DNA from: Candidatus Scatocola faecipullorum
Lineage (GTDB): Bacteria; Pseudomonadota; Alphaproteobacteria; RF32; CAG-239
Direction: 5' to 3'
DNA length: 64,000 bases
Assembly (NCBI GenBank): GCA_018714685.1
Contig: DVNC01000028.1
Location: 43,459 to 107,458 of the forward strand
The first letter of the stretch is position 1. Every line of letters begins with the position of its first letter. Under the pieces are notes generated by a model, which searched no databases, had not been told where the DNA came from, and saw nothing but the letters and a program-made list of their open reading frames with translations. The position numbers and the translations under genes are program-made. Positions 46,569-56,534 of this stretch are shown one piece after another.

Positions 46569-48212
46569 ATGGATAAATTGGAAATCCGGCAGCAGCTGAA
46601 CCGTATTAATGCGTCGCTCGAAAAGGAATATAAGGAATGGGAGCCGTCTTGGAAACGTATTGCCGAACTGTCCCGTTCTTTCCGCGGAAAATTTGAAAAC
46701 GAAAAAAACAAAGAATTTCTGCGCCGCTCGGACGATGTGATTGATAATGTTCTGAATGACTGCGCCGATACTCTGGCCGCAGGGCTGCAATCCGGGTTAA
46801 CCAATCCGACCACGCGCTGGTTCAAGTTCTCGCTGGCCGATACGGATCTGCTGAATTGGAAACCGGTTAAAACTTGGCTGTACGATGTTGAGAACATCAT
46901 TTTGACGATTCTCAACAAGTCAAACTTTTACAAGCTGACGCCGACGGTTTACAAGGAAATGGGACTCTTCGGCCAGCCCTGTCTGCTGCATGAAGAAAGT
47001 CCGGCGACAATATCGCGCTTTTATGCCTTTACCGTCGGCGAATATATGCTGGTAACCAACAATGAACTGGCAGTTGACACCTGTTTCCGTCGTTTCAGCA
47101 TGACAATTCATCAGCTGGCGGCCGCTTTCGGTTTGGTAAATCTGCCGACAACGCTGCAGAACGATTATCGCAACGGCAGGGTGGCTGATGAATATAATGT
47201 TATTCATGCAATCTTGCCGAACTTTATGCTTAATCGCGGCAAGATGGACAACAAGAACAAGCCTTATTTGTCGCTCTATTACCTGCCGGATTATAGCGCT
47301 TCGGAATCAATTCTGCGCATATCCGGCTATGACCGTTTTCCGATTCTGGCGCCGCGGTGGGAAACCGTCAGCACCGAAACCTACGGCATATCTCCGGCGA
47401 TGCACGGCCTCGGACTGACAAAATCTCTGCAAAAGTGGCATAAAACCCGCCATTTGGGGGTTGATTTGGTAACCCGGCCGCCGATGAACGTTCCGGCCAA
47501 AATGTACGAAGACGGAGCAACGCCGGATTTGCTGCCCGGCGGCATAAATATATATGACGAGCGTACCGGGCCGCAGTCGGTAACGCCGACTTTTAATGTC
47601 AATTTTGACCTTAACAATCTGAATTTGACGATTGCGGAAACGAAGGAAAACATTCGGACATCAATGTTTTACCGCCTGTTCAACGCGATTTTGTCGGTAG
47701 ATAAACGAATGACCGCGACCGAAGTCGATAAAATCAGCAGCGAGCAAATGGTGCAACTTGGCCCGGTGCTGACAAACATTATTAACGAGTTTTTAAGCCC
47801 GTGCCTGATGCGCGTTTATGACAATGCCTTTAAGCTGGGGGCTATTCCGCCCCCGCCGCCGGAACTGGAGGGGCAGTCTTTAGAAATTGAGTATGTTTCG
47901 ATGCTGGCTCAAGCCCAGAAAGCGGTTGAACTCTCTGCTTCGATGGATTTTGTGCAGTTTGTTGGTGCTGTTGCACAGTATAATCCCAAGGCAATCAACA
48001 AGCTGGACTACAATGAATTGATTGACGATTACGTCGATAAACGCGGGGTTAATCCGAAAATCATCCGTTCGACCGAAGAGGTCAACAAGATGGAGCAGGC
48101 CGAACAGGCAAAAGCCGACCAGCAGGCAATGATGCAGCAGGCACTTGAAGGTGCAAAGACCTTAAATGAAATTGCGCCGGGCAGTCTGGCAAATATGGGA
48201 GGCATGCAGTGA
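46569..48212 (+). CDS. portal (head-to-tail connector) protein, podovirus type
   Basis: 547 aa directly after the terminase. AAGLQSGLTNPTTRWFKF resembles the T7-type connector family signature, as I recall it. Confidence 0.75.
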   Translation: MDKLEIRQQLNRINASLEKEYKEWEPSWKRIAELSRSFRGKFENEKNKEFLRRSDDVIDNVLNDCADTLAAGLQSGLTNPTTRWFKFSLADTDLLNWKPVKTWLYDVENIILTILNKSNFYKLTPTVYKEMGLFGQPCLLHEESPATISRFYAFTVGEYMLVTNNELAVDTCFRRFSMTIHQLAAAFGLVNLPTTLQNDYRNGRVADEYNVIHAILPNFMLNRGKMDNKNKPYLSLYYLPDYSASESILRISGYDRFPILAPRWETVSTETYGISPAMHGLGLTKSLQKWHKTRHLGVDLVTRPPMNVPAKMYEDGATPDLLPGGINIYDERTGPQSVTPTFNVNFDLNNLNLTIAETKENIRTSMFYRLFNAILSVDKRMTATEVDKISSEQMVQLGPVLTNIINEFLSPCLMRVYDNAFKLGAIPPPPPELEGQSLEIEYVSMLAQAQKAVELSASMDFVQFVGAVAQYNPKAINKLDYNELIDDYVDKRGVNPKIIRSTEEVNKMEQAEQAKADQQAMMQQALEGAKTLNEIAPGSLANMGGMQ

Positions 48213-48457
48213 AAAGCGAAAAGTTTATTGCCGGTTTGCGGCAGATAAGCAAGGACAAGGCCGGCCGCATTGTTATCTGGGGATTGTTGGAGCATGCCCG
48301 GATACATCAGACCGTCTTCGATTCGAATGCCTCGCTGATGGCGTTTCGCGAGGGCGAACGCAACTTCGGCCTTTGGCTGGAAGACTGCCTGACAAAAGTT
48401 AACCCCAATTTAATTTATGAAATAGCAAAGGAAATAAACGATGACAACGACAAATGA
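48209..48457 (+). CDS. small head-module protein
   Basis: 82 aa. Its GTG start overlaps the portal stop. Confidence 0.4.
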   Translation: MKSEKFIAGLRQISKDKAGRIVIWGLLEHARIHQTVFDSNASLMAFREGERNFGLWLEDCLTKVNPNLIYEIAKEINDDNDK

Positions 48458-49097
48458 TGTGCCGGACACCCCGGCAGACAGCAAAACAGAAGTTAACGAA
48501 AACCCCGGAGAAAAAACTCTGGGGTTTTCTTCTATGAATGAACCGGCAACGGAACCGACAGAACCGGAAACGGATGTAAAGGCTGAAACGGATAAAACCC
48601 CGCCGGCCGACACCAAACCGGAAGAAGATGAACCGACCGAGCCGGACTATTCGGATGTAAAGGCCCCGGACGGTTATCAGGTCGATGCCGAGGTTATGGC
48701 GGAGATTACGCCGGTCTTGAAAGAACTTAAATGCTCCAAGGAAAACGCCGAAAAGCTGGTTGCCGCCGGTTCCATGCTTGTTAAGCGAACGCTTGAAGCC
48801 CAGCAGACGGCGCTGGAGGAGCAGCACGAAGCTTGGAAAAAAGAGGTGCTGGCCGACAAAGAACTCGGCAAGCCGGAAAATATCGCGATTGCCAACCGGG
48901 CAATTGATACCTTCGGCGACGAAGGCTTGAAAGAAATTACCAAAGCCGGACTGGGCAACCATCCGTCTTTTGTAAGGTTTTGCCTCAATATCGGCAAAGC
49001 CATCAGCGAAGACTCTGCGGTTATCTCGACAGGGTCGGCAAAGGCATCGAACCGGAACGAACTCGGCGAACCGATGCTTCATTTCAAAAACATGTAA
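48441..49097 (+). CDS. scaffolding protein
   Basis: 218 aa, acidic and helical, located between portal and capsid. Confidence 0.6.
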   Translation: MTTTNDVPDTPADSKTEVNENPGEKTLGFSSMNEPATEPTEPETDVKAETDKTPPADTKPEEDEPTEPDYSDVKAPDGYQVDAEVMAEITPVLKELKCSKENAEKLVAAGSMLVKRTLEAQQTALEEQHEAWKKEVLADKELGKPENIAIANRAIDTFGDEGLKEITKAGLGNHPSFVRFCLNIGKAISEDSAVISTGSAKASNRNELGEPMLHFKNM

Positions 49098-49118
49098 TAA
49101 AGTAAGGAGAAACAAACA

Positions 49119-50096
49119 ATGGCTGATAAACTCATTCAGCAGTTGTGCATGCTCGAACTGGCAAACCGTATCGCGCCGAACGGCGATATGGCGACAATCG
49201 CCGAGGTTATGTCGCGCGAGAACGCGATTTTGCTCGACATTCCCTGCATTGAGGCGAACAGCGGTTCGAGCCATAAGGACACCAAGCGCACCTTTGTCCC
49301 GAAGGGGCAATTGCGCCAGTTCGATAAAGGCGTTGGACGCGTTGCGACCAAGACCGAACCGATTACCTTCAACATTGCCATGATTGAAGCCTATTCCAAG
49401 GTGGACAAGGCAAAATGCGGCATTGCGCCGAACCCGCAGCAGTTCCGCATGGACGAAGCTAAGGGGATCATTGAAGGCATGTCGCAGACCGTTGCCGATA
49501 TGATTCTTTACGGCAACAGCAAAATGAACCCGGATGAAACCGACGGTTTGGCAACCATTTGCAGCAAGATTGACGATAAACGTGTGATTGATGCCGGTGG
49601 TACCGGCGACGCGCTGACATCTGTCTATATTGTGCAGTGGGATAAAGCCGAAGCCAAAGGCATTTATCCGCGTAATTCCAAGACCGCCGGTATTATTCAC
49701 GACGACTTGGGCGAACAAACGGTTAAGGATGATGAGGGACTGGACTATCAGGCGCTTGTCAGCCATTTCCAGTGCCACATCGGCCTTGGCATTACCAACG
49801 AACGCCGCGTTGCCCGTATCTGCAATATTCCGACGTCTGCCAAGGAAGCCGAGAAAATTAACCTGTCGAAGCTGATTATTCGGGCGCTGAACAATATGAA
49901 GCAGCAGGGTAAAAACGCGTTCATTTACTGCAACGCAACGGTCTTGAGTTACCTCGATATTGAGGCTCTGAACAAGGCAACGGTTCAGCTGCAGGATGCC
50001 TTCGGCGACTATGTAACCCAGTTCCGCCCCGGCAATCCGCTGCGTCTGTGCGAGGGTATTCTCGATACCGAAGCTCAGGTTACGGCCAAGGCCTAG
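49119..50096 (+). CDS. major capsid protein
   Basis: 325 aa. The call rests on position after the scaffold, a strong terminator downstream and an HK97-fold-compatible length. Confidence 0.7.
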   Translation: MADKLIQQLCMLELANRIAPNGDMATIAEVMSRENAILLDIPCIEANSGSSHKDTKRTFVPKGQLRQFDKGVGRVATKTEPITFNIAMIEAYSKVDKAKCGIAPNPQQFRMDEAKGIIEGMSQTVADMILYGNSKMNPDETDGLATICSKIDDKRVIDAGGTGDALTSVYIVQWDKAEAKGIYPRNSKTAGIIHDDLGEQTVKDDEGLDYQALVSHFQCHIGLGITNERRVARICNIPTSAKEAEKINLSKLIIRALNNMKQQGKNAFIYCNATVLSYLDIEALNKATVQLQDAFGDYVTQFRPGNPLRLCEGILDTEAQVTAKA

Positions 50097-50104
50097 GGAT
50101 AAAC

Positions 50105-50135
50105 AAGGGCTGGCTTGGTTCAGCCCTTATTTTTT
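50105..50135 (+). terminator. intrinsic terminator after the capsid gene
   Basis: AAGGGCTG-GCTTGGTT-CAGCCCTT followed by ATTTTTT. Confidence 0.6.
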
Positions 50136-50159
50136 AACATAACATGAGGAACAAAACAA

Positions 50160-50552
50160 ATGAGAGACGGATTATTGGTCTTTTCCGACATGGAACCGCG
50201 CGCCGCGGCCGCGTCCAGCTCGGAAGTCATTGATTTCGGTGAAGGGAAAAGCGATTACGGCAAAAGTTATCCGTGTAACTTTTTCAACGTTCGTATTACC
50301 GAAGCCTTTGCCGGTGGCGAAGGGGCAACCCTGAAGGTTGAATTGCAGCATTCGGATGACAATTCAAGCTTTACAACCGCTGTTGCCGGCGAGACTTTGG
50401 CTGTTGATAAATTAACCGGCGGAACGCTGATGGTATGTCAGCCGCTTCCGTTTAAGTTCAAACGCTATGCCAAGGTCGTCGCGACGGTCGGCACGGCGGC
50501 GATGACCGCCGGAAAAATCTCGGCATGGATTGGCGAAAGAGTCGAGGAATAA
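50160..50552 (+). CDS. capsid cement/decoration-like protein
   Basis: 130 aa. LVFSDMEP...SSEVIDFG...LKVELQHSDDNSSF...FKRYAKVV resembles the BPP-1 Bbp16-type cement family, from memory. Confidence 0.45.
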   Translation: MRDGLLVFSDMEPRAAAASSSEVIDFGEGKSDYGKSYPCNFFNVRITEAFAGGEGATLKVELQHSDDNSSFTTAVAGETLAVDKLTGGTLMVCQPLPFKFKRYAKVVATVGTAAMTAGKISAWIGERVEE

Positions 50553-50554
50553 CC

Positions 50555-50980
50555 ATGAGCAGATATGTGTGCATCAAAGATTGTTATTACAATAACAAAC
50601 GTTATGCGGAAGGCGAACTTTTGGAGGAAGGCATTGAACCGAACAGTTTTTTCAAAAAAACCGGAGATACGCCGCCCGCCGCGAAGGCTGCCGACACGGC
50701 TTCACTGTCGGCCGATGAGGTTGTCAAACTGATTGATGAGGCGGAAGAAAGCGCCGCTAAAAATCTGGAAGAGTTCAAAGCGCTGGTCGGCGACCATCTG
50801 TCCAAATTCGACGAACGGATTAAGTCGCTTGAAACCAAACTGGCGGAATCAGAAGCAAAGCTGAACAGCTTTGTTGAAACTGCCGGCGCTCAGGTTCCGC
50901 AGGGAAACGAAACCCCGGATCCGGAAAGTCAGAAAAATGACAGTCCGGTACCGGCGGCTAAGTCTTCCGCTAAGAAATAA
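50555..50980 (+). CDS. hypothetical head-module protein with a coiled C-terminal part
   Basis: 141 aa from ATG 50555, with GAGGA upstream. Confidence 0.4.
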   Translation: MSRYVCIKDCYYNNKRYAEGELLEEGIEPNSFFKKTGDTPPAAKAADTASLSADEVVKLIDEAEESAAKNLEEFKALVGDHLSKFDERIKSLETKLAESEAKLNSFVETAGAQVPQGNETPDPESQKNDSPVPAAKSSAKK

Positions 50981-50990
50981 AAACAAATAA

Positions 50991-51019
50991 AAGGCGCTTG
51001 GCAACAGGCGCCTTTTTTT
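50991..51019 (+). terminator. intrinsic terminator
   Basis: AAGGCGCTTG-GCAA-CAGGCGCCTT followed by TTTTT. Confidence 0.6.
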
Positions 51020-51030
51020 AGGTTAGAAAA

Positions 51031-51636
51031 ATGGATAAAACAACAATTTGCAATCAGGCGCTGGGTTTAATTGCCAACGGCGAGGTCTTGGACATTGCCG
51101 GCAATGAGCCGCGGGCCAAGAAATGCCGCCTTTATTATGACGCGGTTGTCTGTGCGGCTCTGGCTTTTTATGACTGGAGTTTTGCCCGTAAGCGCAAGCA
51201 GCCGGCATTATCGGCCGAAAAGTTCGACGGCTATAAATACGCTTACGTTATCCCTGAGGATTCGGTGCATATTTCGCGCTATTTGGATGAAAACGGCCAG
51301 CCGCTGGAACTGAGCGGTAACAGCACGGTTGTTTTGTCCGCCAACAACGCTTCCCGGCTGATACTGACAAACCGGAAGATAACAAACATTGTTTATACGT
51401 TCAAGCAGATGAATTCGGAATTGTGGTCGCCCGGATTCGCCGAGGCCGTTACTTTTCTGTTAGCCAGCAAAATCTGCGAAACGATTCCCAATCTCAAAAA
51501 CGAAGCCAATAACAAATTTCAGCAATATCAGGGGTTGATAGCCGTTGCCAAGAATGACGATGTGCGCGAAGAGATGAAATTTTACGACAAAAATCCGTTT
51601 AAGAATTATCGCGGCTATGACGGGAGTATTTTTTAA
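51031..51636 (+). CDS. adaptor / tail tubular protein A-like
   Basis: 201 aa. ICNQALGLIANGE...CRLYYD...YDWSFA resembles the podoviral gp11-like pattern. Its position fits. Confidence 0.45.
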   Translation: MDKTTICNQALGLIANGEVLDIAGNEPRAKKCRLYYDAVVCAALAFYDWSFARKRKQPALSAEKFDGYKYAYVIPEDSVHISRYLDENGQPLELSGNSTVVLSANNASRLILTNRKITNIVYTFKQMNSELWSPGFAEAVTFLLASKICETIPNLKNEANNKFQQYQGLIAVAKNDDVREEMKFYDKNPFKNYRGYDGSIF

Positions 51637-53699
51637 TGTCTGACTTAAATATTACCCAATCCGCTTTTAATGCCGGCGAACTCAGCCCGCGGCTCTATTC
51701 CCGTGTCAATTTGGAAAAATATGCCAGCGGTGCCAAAGTTATTGCTAATTTTTACGTTATGAAAGAAGGCGGCCTGAACAAGCGCCCCGGGTCGTATTTC
51801 ATCGGCGAAGCCTACAATCAGAGCAAGCCGTCCCGGCTTAAAAGATTTCAGTTCTCAGAAGATCAAGGCTATGCCTTGGAATTTTCCGACCATAAAATGA
51901 GGGTCATTTCCGAGGGCGGTTTTGTTGTTAAGGAAGACGGCGGCATTTTTGAGCTTGATATTCCTTTTGATATTGACGAAATCTGGCAAATGAAGTTTGA
52001 GCAGTCGGCCGACGTGGTTTATATTACCCATCCGAGCCATCTGCCGCAGATGTTAAAACGCTTCGACCATGACAACTGGACAATTGAGGACATGGCTTTT
52101 GTGCCGAAGACGCCGACCCCGACCGGATTAACCGCCAAAGGTTCCGGCACCAGCCAGACCTATAAATATAAAGTGTCGGCGATTAACGAGGAAACCGGCG
52201 AAGAGAGCCTGACGGCCATGGTCGAAGTCAAAAGCGACCAGCTTTCGCAGACAAAGCAGATTACTTTAACATGGAACAAGGTTGAGGGCTGCAAAAAATA
52301 TAATGTCTATCGCCTGTCGGCCGGTATGTATGGCTGGATTTCGACGGTTGTTGACGATGATGACGCGGCGACAATCTCCATGAGTGACGATAATGTTGCG
52401 CCGGACTTCAACATTACCCCGGCGATTAAGCGCAATCCATTTGACGGACCGAACAAATATCCGTCCGTTTGCGGTATCCATGAACAGCGGATGGCGATGG
52501 CCGCGACTTATGAGGACTACGAATTAATCGAAATGTCCCGCGCCGGCACTTACAACAACTTTACGATGAGCAATCCGCTGCAGGACGATGACGCCTTTTC
52601 CATTCGGGCGACCGGCAAGCAAATCAACACTATTTATCATTTAATCTCGCTTAACGATTTGCTGATTACCACGGCAAACGGCGTTTGGAAAGTGATGCCC
52701 GGCGATACCGGCTTTTTGTCGGGCAAATGGCCGAAAATCAAGCAGCAGAACGTCTATCACTGCGATAACATTGAACCGCTGATAATCGGCAATCAGGCTT
52801 TGTTCATGAGCGACGGCCATGTGCGTACGCTGGGCTATGCGTTAACCAGTGACGGCTATGACGGCGAAGACATCAGCATTCTGGCGACGCATCTGTTTGA
52901 CGGCCGCCAACTGGTTGCCTGGGATTACTGCTCGTCGGCGAACCTGATTTGGTTTGTGTTTGCCGACGGCGGTGCGGTGGCTTTAACTTTTATCAAAGAA
53001 CAGCAACTGGTCGCTTATACCCGCTATATTACCGAAGGGTGGTTTGAAAGCATCTGTTCGGTCAAGGAAAACGGGGTGGAAAGCATTTATGCCGTGGTTC
53101 TGCGTAATGTCAACGGGACGCCGAAACGGTTTCTTGAGCGTTTCGTTATCAATCAGGATTCGGAGAACAAAGAAGACGATTATTTATTTATGGACTGCGC
53201 TGCCCGGGCAGACTTGGAAGAACCGGTCAGCGAGGTTTCCGGTCTTGATTATCTTGAAGGTGCAACTGTCGGCGTGATGGTGGACGGCGGCTATCAGGGC
53301 GAGAAAGTCGTTGAAAACGGCAAAATCTCTTTTATTACGCCCGGAAAGCATATCAAAGTCGGTTTGCTCTATGACGCGCTGTATCACAGCCTGAGCATTG
53401 ACTATCCGCTGAACAACGGCACGTCTTCACAAGGACAGTATAAGCGAATCAGCGGCGCCCGGATAATGGTTGAAAACTCCGGCAGTTTCAAAATTGCGCA
53501 GGTGGACGACAAAAATCAGTTCGTCCGGCCGGCAATGAGTTATCAGAATTATGGCGAAGGGTACGATTTTGTCAGCGGGACGCGCCGCGTTGATTTGGAA
53601 GGCGGCTATAATTTCGCCGGCGAAATCGAGATTGTCTCGGACACGCCGACCCCGTTAACGATTAATGCCATAACGGCGGTGGTGGCACATGGCGGTTAA
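51636..53699 (+). CDS. nozzle / tail tubular protein B-like
   Basis: 687 aa. The N-terminal FNAGELSPRLYSRVNLEKYASGAKVIANFYVMKEGGLNKRPG resembles the gp12-like pattern. Confidence 0.5.
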   Translation: MSDLNITQSAFNAGELSPRLYSRVNLEKYASGAKVIANFYVMKEGGLNKRPGSYFIGEAYNQSKPSRLKRFQFSEDQGYALEFSDHKMRVISEGGFVVKEDGGIFELDIPFDIDEIWQMKFEQSADVVYITHPSHLPQMLKRFDHDNWTIEDMAFVPKTPTPTGLTAKGSGTSQTYKYKVSAINEETGEESLTAMVEVKSDQLSQTKQITLTWNKVEGCKKYNVYRLSAGMYGWISTVVDDDDAATISMSDDNVAPDFNITPAIKRNPFDGPNKYPSVCGIHEQRMAMAATYEDYELIEMSRAGTYNNFTMSNPLQDDDAFSIRATGKQINTIYHLISLNDLLITTANGVWKVMPGDTGFLSGKWPKIKQQNVYHCDNIEPLIIGNQALFMSDGHVRTLGYALTSDGYDGEDISILATHLFDGRQLVAWDYCSSANLIWFVFADGGAVALTFIKEQQLVAYTRYITEGWFESICSVKENGVESIYAVVLRNVNGTPKRFLERFVINQDSENKEDDYLFMDCAARADLEEPVSEVSGLDYLEGATVGVMVDGGYQGEKVVENGKISFITPGKHIKVGLLYDALYHSLSIDYPLNNGTSSQGQYKRISGARIMVENSGSFKIAQVDDKNQFVRPAMSYQNYGEGYDFVSGTRRVDLEGGYNFAGEIEIVSDTPTPLTINAITAVVAHGG

Positions 53700-54174
53700 A
53701 CTCAGATTATGCGAAGCGGGCGATATTGAATATATTGCGGCCAATATGCGCGCTGTGGATGCCGAAGAAATCCGCTTGGCCGGAAATCATGACCCTTTTG
53801 AATGCCTGACACAGGGAGCCAGTCATTCGGTTTATTGCCGGGTTATTGAGATTAACGGTCGGCCGGCCGCGATTCTCGGGCTGGTTCCGCTGGATAATGT
53901 GAAGGGCCGCGGCATCTGCTGGCTGCTCGGAACCGATGATATTGAGCGGTATGCAAAGGCCTTTTGCGAACTCTGCCGGCAGGAACTGACCGCCATGATG
54001 AAAAGAGCCGAACGGGTAGAGAATTTTGTCTGGGCTGAAAACAGGGTTTCGATTCGCTGGCTGAAATGGCTGGGGTTTGAGTTTGAACACCAAGAAATTG
54101 TCTGGGGGCCTGAAAAAGCCCGCTTTTTGCACTTTTATAAAGAAAAGGAGGTTTCAAAATGTGTGAACCGATGA
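53689..54174 (+). CDS. internal virion protein A-like (T7 gp13/DUF2833-like, GNAT-like fold)
   Basis: 161 aa. INGRPAAILGLVP...GICWLLGTDDI...NRVSIRWLKWLGFEF. The family assignment is from memory. Confidence 0.45.
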   Translation: MAVKLRLCEAGDIEYIAANMRAVDAEEIRLAGNHDPFECLTQGASHSVYCRVIEINGRPAAILGLVPLDNVKGRGICWLLGTDDIERYAKAFCELCRQELTAMMKRAERVENFVWAENRVSIRWLKWLGFEFEHQEIVWGPEKARFLHFYKEKEVSKCVNR

Positions 54175-54719
54175 CGATTGCGGCGACTGTTCTTGCGGCA
54201 GCCGGAACTGTCGCGCAGGTAAACGGGATAAAGCAGGAAGGCAGAGCCGAATCAAAAGCCAATCAATATAATGCCGCGATTATGCGTCAGCAGGCCGAAG
54301 ACGCCAAAGCCCGGGGATTGGAAGAACAAGTTTCGGCAGCGCGGAAGAATAAACAGCTTCTCGGCCAGCAACGGGCAATGATGGCTGCCAACGGGGTGGA
54401 TTTGAGCTCGGCCACACCGATGGAAATGTTTACGCAGACGGCCGAGTTTGGCGAAGAAGACCGTCAGACGATTATTGACAACACAAATCGCGAAGTTTGG
54501 GGCTATAATACGCAGGCAACCTTGTATGACATGGCTGCCAAGCAGGCGAAAAAGGCCGCCAAACGTAACACCATTTCCACCATTCTCGGCGGTGGCAGTA
54601 ATTTGCTGTTTAGCGGAACTAATTCGGGGTGGTTTGGTGGCGGAATTGAAGACATGAGCGGATATAACTCTCATTATAATCCGGCAACAACTGTTCCGAC
54701 CAGAAAACCGAGATATTAG
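54159..54719 (+). CDS. internal virion protein (gp14-position)
   Basis: 186 aa. It has a hydrophobic Ala/Gly N-terminus and a helical Gln/Ala-rich body. Confidence 0.4.
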   Translation: MCEPMTIAATVLAAAGTVAQVNGIKQEGRAESKANQYNAAIMRQQAEDAKARGLEEQVSAARKNKQLLGQQRAMMAANGVDLSSATPMEMFTQTAEFGEEDRQTIIDNTNREVWGYNTQATLYDMAAKQAKKAAKRNTISTILGGGSNLLFSGTNSGWFGGGIEDMSGYNSHYNPATTVPTRKPRY

Positions 54720-54774
54720 TTTATTCTTGTTTTAATTATGATTTTATATATTATTATGCAAAAGGAGATTAATT

Positions 54775-55248
54775 ATGAAAAACTTAACCAAAGCTCAAAA
54801 GATCTTAATAGTTCTGTCCATTTTATGGGAAATAATTGCTCTGGTTATTTCTTATCAAACTCAAAGAGTAAGAGGGATAGTTGTCGAATATTTAAATCTT
54901 AAGGATTTTATCCTTGCTTCTCTGCCAGTTATTCTTTTATGGTCTGTTATTTGGATATGGGGGTTTAATTGGTTAAAAAAAATAACAAATAAAAAAATAT
55001 TAGAGAATATTAAATATTTATTTTCTTTTTTGTTTGTTTTAAGTAAGTCAATGTTAAAGGCTGCTTGGTACTTTTTTATTTTTATATGTATTGTTGGCGG
55101 GATTTCCTATATTTTGAAATCAGCACCCCCCATAGTAATAAAAACTAATAAAAATACGTCTGAACAAGTTTATGAACAAACAACAAAACCGTGGAAAATG
55201 AACTGGGAACAAAGTAAAAAGAATAATATTATAAATGAGGAAAAATAG
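54775..55248 (+). CDS. small multi-pass membrane protein (AT-rich moron)
   Basis: 157 aa with 3-4 TM helices. The C-terminal tail contains KPWKMNWEQ. Confidence 0.5.
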   Translation: MKNLTKAQKILIVLSILWEIIALVISYQTQRVRGIVVEYLNLKDFILASLPVILLWSVIWIWGFNWLKKITNKKILENIKYLFSFLFVLSKSMLKAAWYFFIFICIVGGISYILKSAPPIVIKTNKNTSEQVYEQTTKPWKMNWEQSKKNNIINEEK

Positions 55249-55317
55249 TTTTACAAACAAGCATGAAGGCAATGATTGCCGGATGTAATTAAATATTAAA
55301 ATTATTAATAAAATATA

Positions 55318-55346
55318 TTGACTTTGAAGATAAAAATTGTTATATA
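55318..55346 (+). promoter_or_regulatory. sigma70-like promoter for the Abi gene
   Basis: -35 TTGACT (55318..55323), a 17-nt spacer, and -10 TATATA (55341..55346). Confidence 0.55.
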
Positions 55347-55433
55347 ACAAATCAACAAGCTCCCCCGCTAAAGACACTTCGTGTGTACAGCGAATATGGG
55401 GAGCATTTCTTATATTAGGGATTACAAAGACTT

Positions 55434-56489
55434 ATGGATATTGAAGAATTAAATACAGTACCGGAAAGTGAATTCTCTGTTGGAAATTTTGCTAAAGAAG
55501 CTAAAAATGCAAAAGATTTGATAGATTTATTAATTGAAAGAAATATGAAAATAACAGAGTCTCAAAAGGAAGAGGCTGTGGAATTTTTGTCATTGGTTAA
55601 TTATTATAAAATTTCTGGTTATTGGTTTAAATTTCAAAATAAATGGTTAAAAAAAGAAGAAGGTAATGCAGATAAATTTGTAGTGCCTGTAACTTTTCAA
55701 AATATAATTGACATTTATCGTTTTGACACAAAACTACGCTCACTATGTTTAGATGCACTGGAAAAAATTGAAATTTGTGTAATGTCGCAAATTTGTAATC
55801 ATATGTGTATCAATTATGGAGCTTTTTGGTATGGCGATTCCCAATATATAAAATCAATATATAAAACGGATAAAAGTAAAGATAAAAGATTGGTTATTGA
55901 CTATGCTTCATTTCGTGCAGAAATTGCTAAAATTATTGTTGATAATCGCTTTACTGATTCGACATTAAAAAATTTTTACAACAAATATAATAATAAATTT
56001 CCCCCATTCTGGATGATTGCTCAATTTTTGACTTTTGGAAGTATTGCCAGACTCTATTCTGCATTACCAGTTAAAGATCAAAGAGAGATTGCCGCAAAGC
56101 TGAAATTAAACAGCCGATATTTGGAGAGTGTTTTACAGGCCTTATCTTATATCCGAAACATATGTGCTCATTACAAAAGATTGTGGGATCGTTCTTTAGG
56201 TATTGTTGTGCCAAATATTAAATTAGAAACAACTTTACGCGAAACATATAGATATAATTATAAGTTTCATAAAATACCAAATGTTAATGATAATCACTTT
56301 TTTCCTGCTTTTTATACGATTTCTTTTTTACTCAGTATTATAACTCCTTACAGTAAATACAGTTCTCTAGTAAAAAAGTTAATTGATAAGTACAACGGTA
56401 GAACAAATCTTATAAACTATGAAGAAATGGGATTTCCGGACGAATGGGAAGATTTGCCGTTGTTTGAGAAAATGTTGGAAAACGAATAA
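55434..56489 (+). CDS. AbiD/AbiF-family (Abi_2) abortive infection protein
   Basis: 351 aa. NYYKISGYWFKF, FQNIIDIYRFDTKLRSLCLDALEKIEICV and IRNICAHYKRLWDR match the Abi_2 signature blocks. Confidence 0.8.
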   Translation: MDIEELNTVPESEFSVGNFAKEAKNAKDLIDLLIERNMKITESQKEEAVEFLSLVNYYKISGYWFKFQNKWLKKEEGNADKFVVPVTFQNIIDIYRFDTKLRSLCLDALEKIEICVMSQICNHMCINYGAFWYGDSQYIKSIYKTDKSKDKRLVIDYASFRAEIAKIIVDNRFTDSTLKNFYNKYNNKFPPFWMIAQFLTFGSIARLYSALPVKDQREIAAKLKLNSRYLESVLQALSYIRNICAHYKRLWDRSLGIVVPNIKLETTLRETYRYNYKFHKIPNVNDNHFFPAFYTISFLLSIITPYSKYSSLVKKLIDKYNGRTNLINYEEMGFPDEWEDLPLFEKMLENE

Positions 56490-56506
56490 ATAAAATTTAA
56501 TTAATT

Positions 56507-56534
56507 AAACCCTGCTTTTTGGCAGGGTTTTTTT
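56507..56534 (+). terminator. intrinsic terminator after the Abi gene
   Basis: AAACCCTGC-TTTTTG-GCAGGGTTT followed by TTTT. Confidence 0.65.

Noticed and set aside
48399-49778. 459-aa minus-strand ORF
   Set aside because: It is antisense to the scaffold and major capsid genes, which fit the operon, have RBSs and show translational coupling. The translation is Arg/Phe/Gly-rich nonsense-like sequence.
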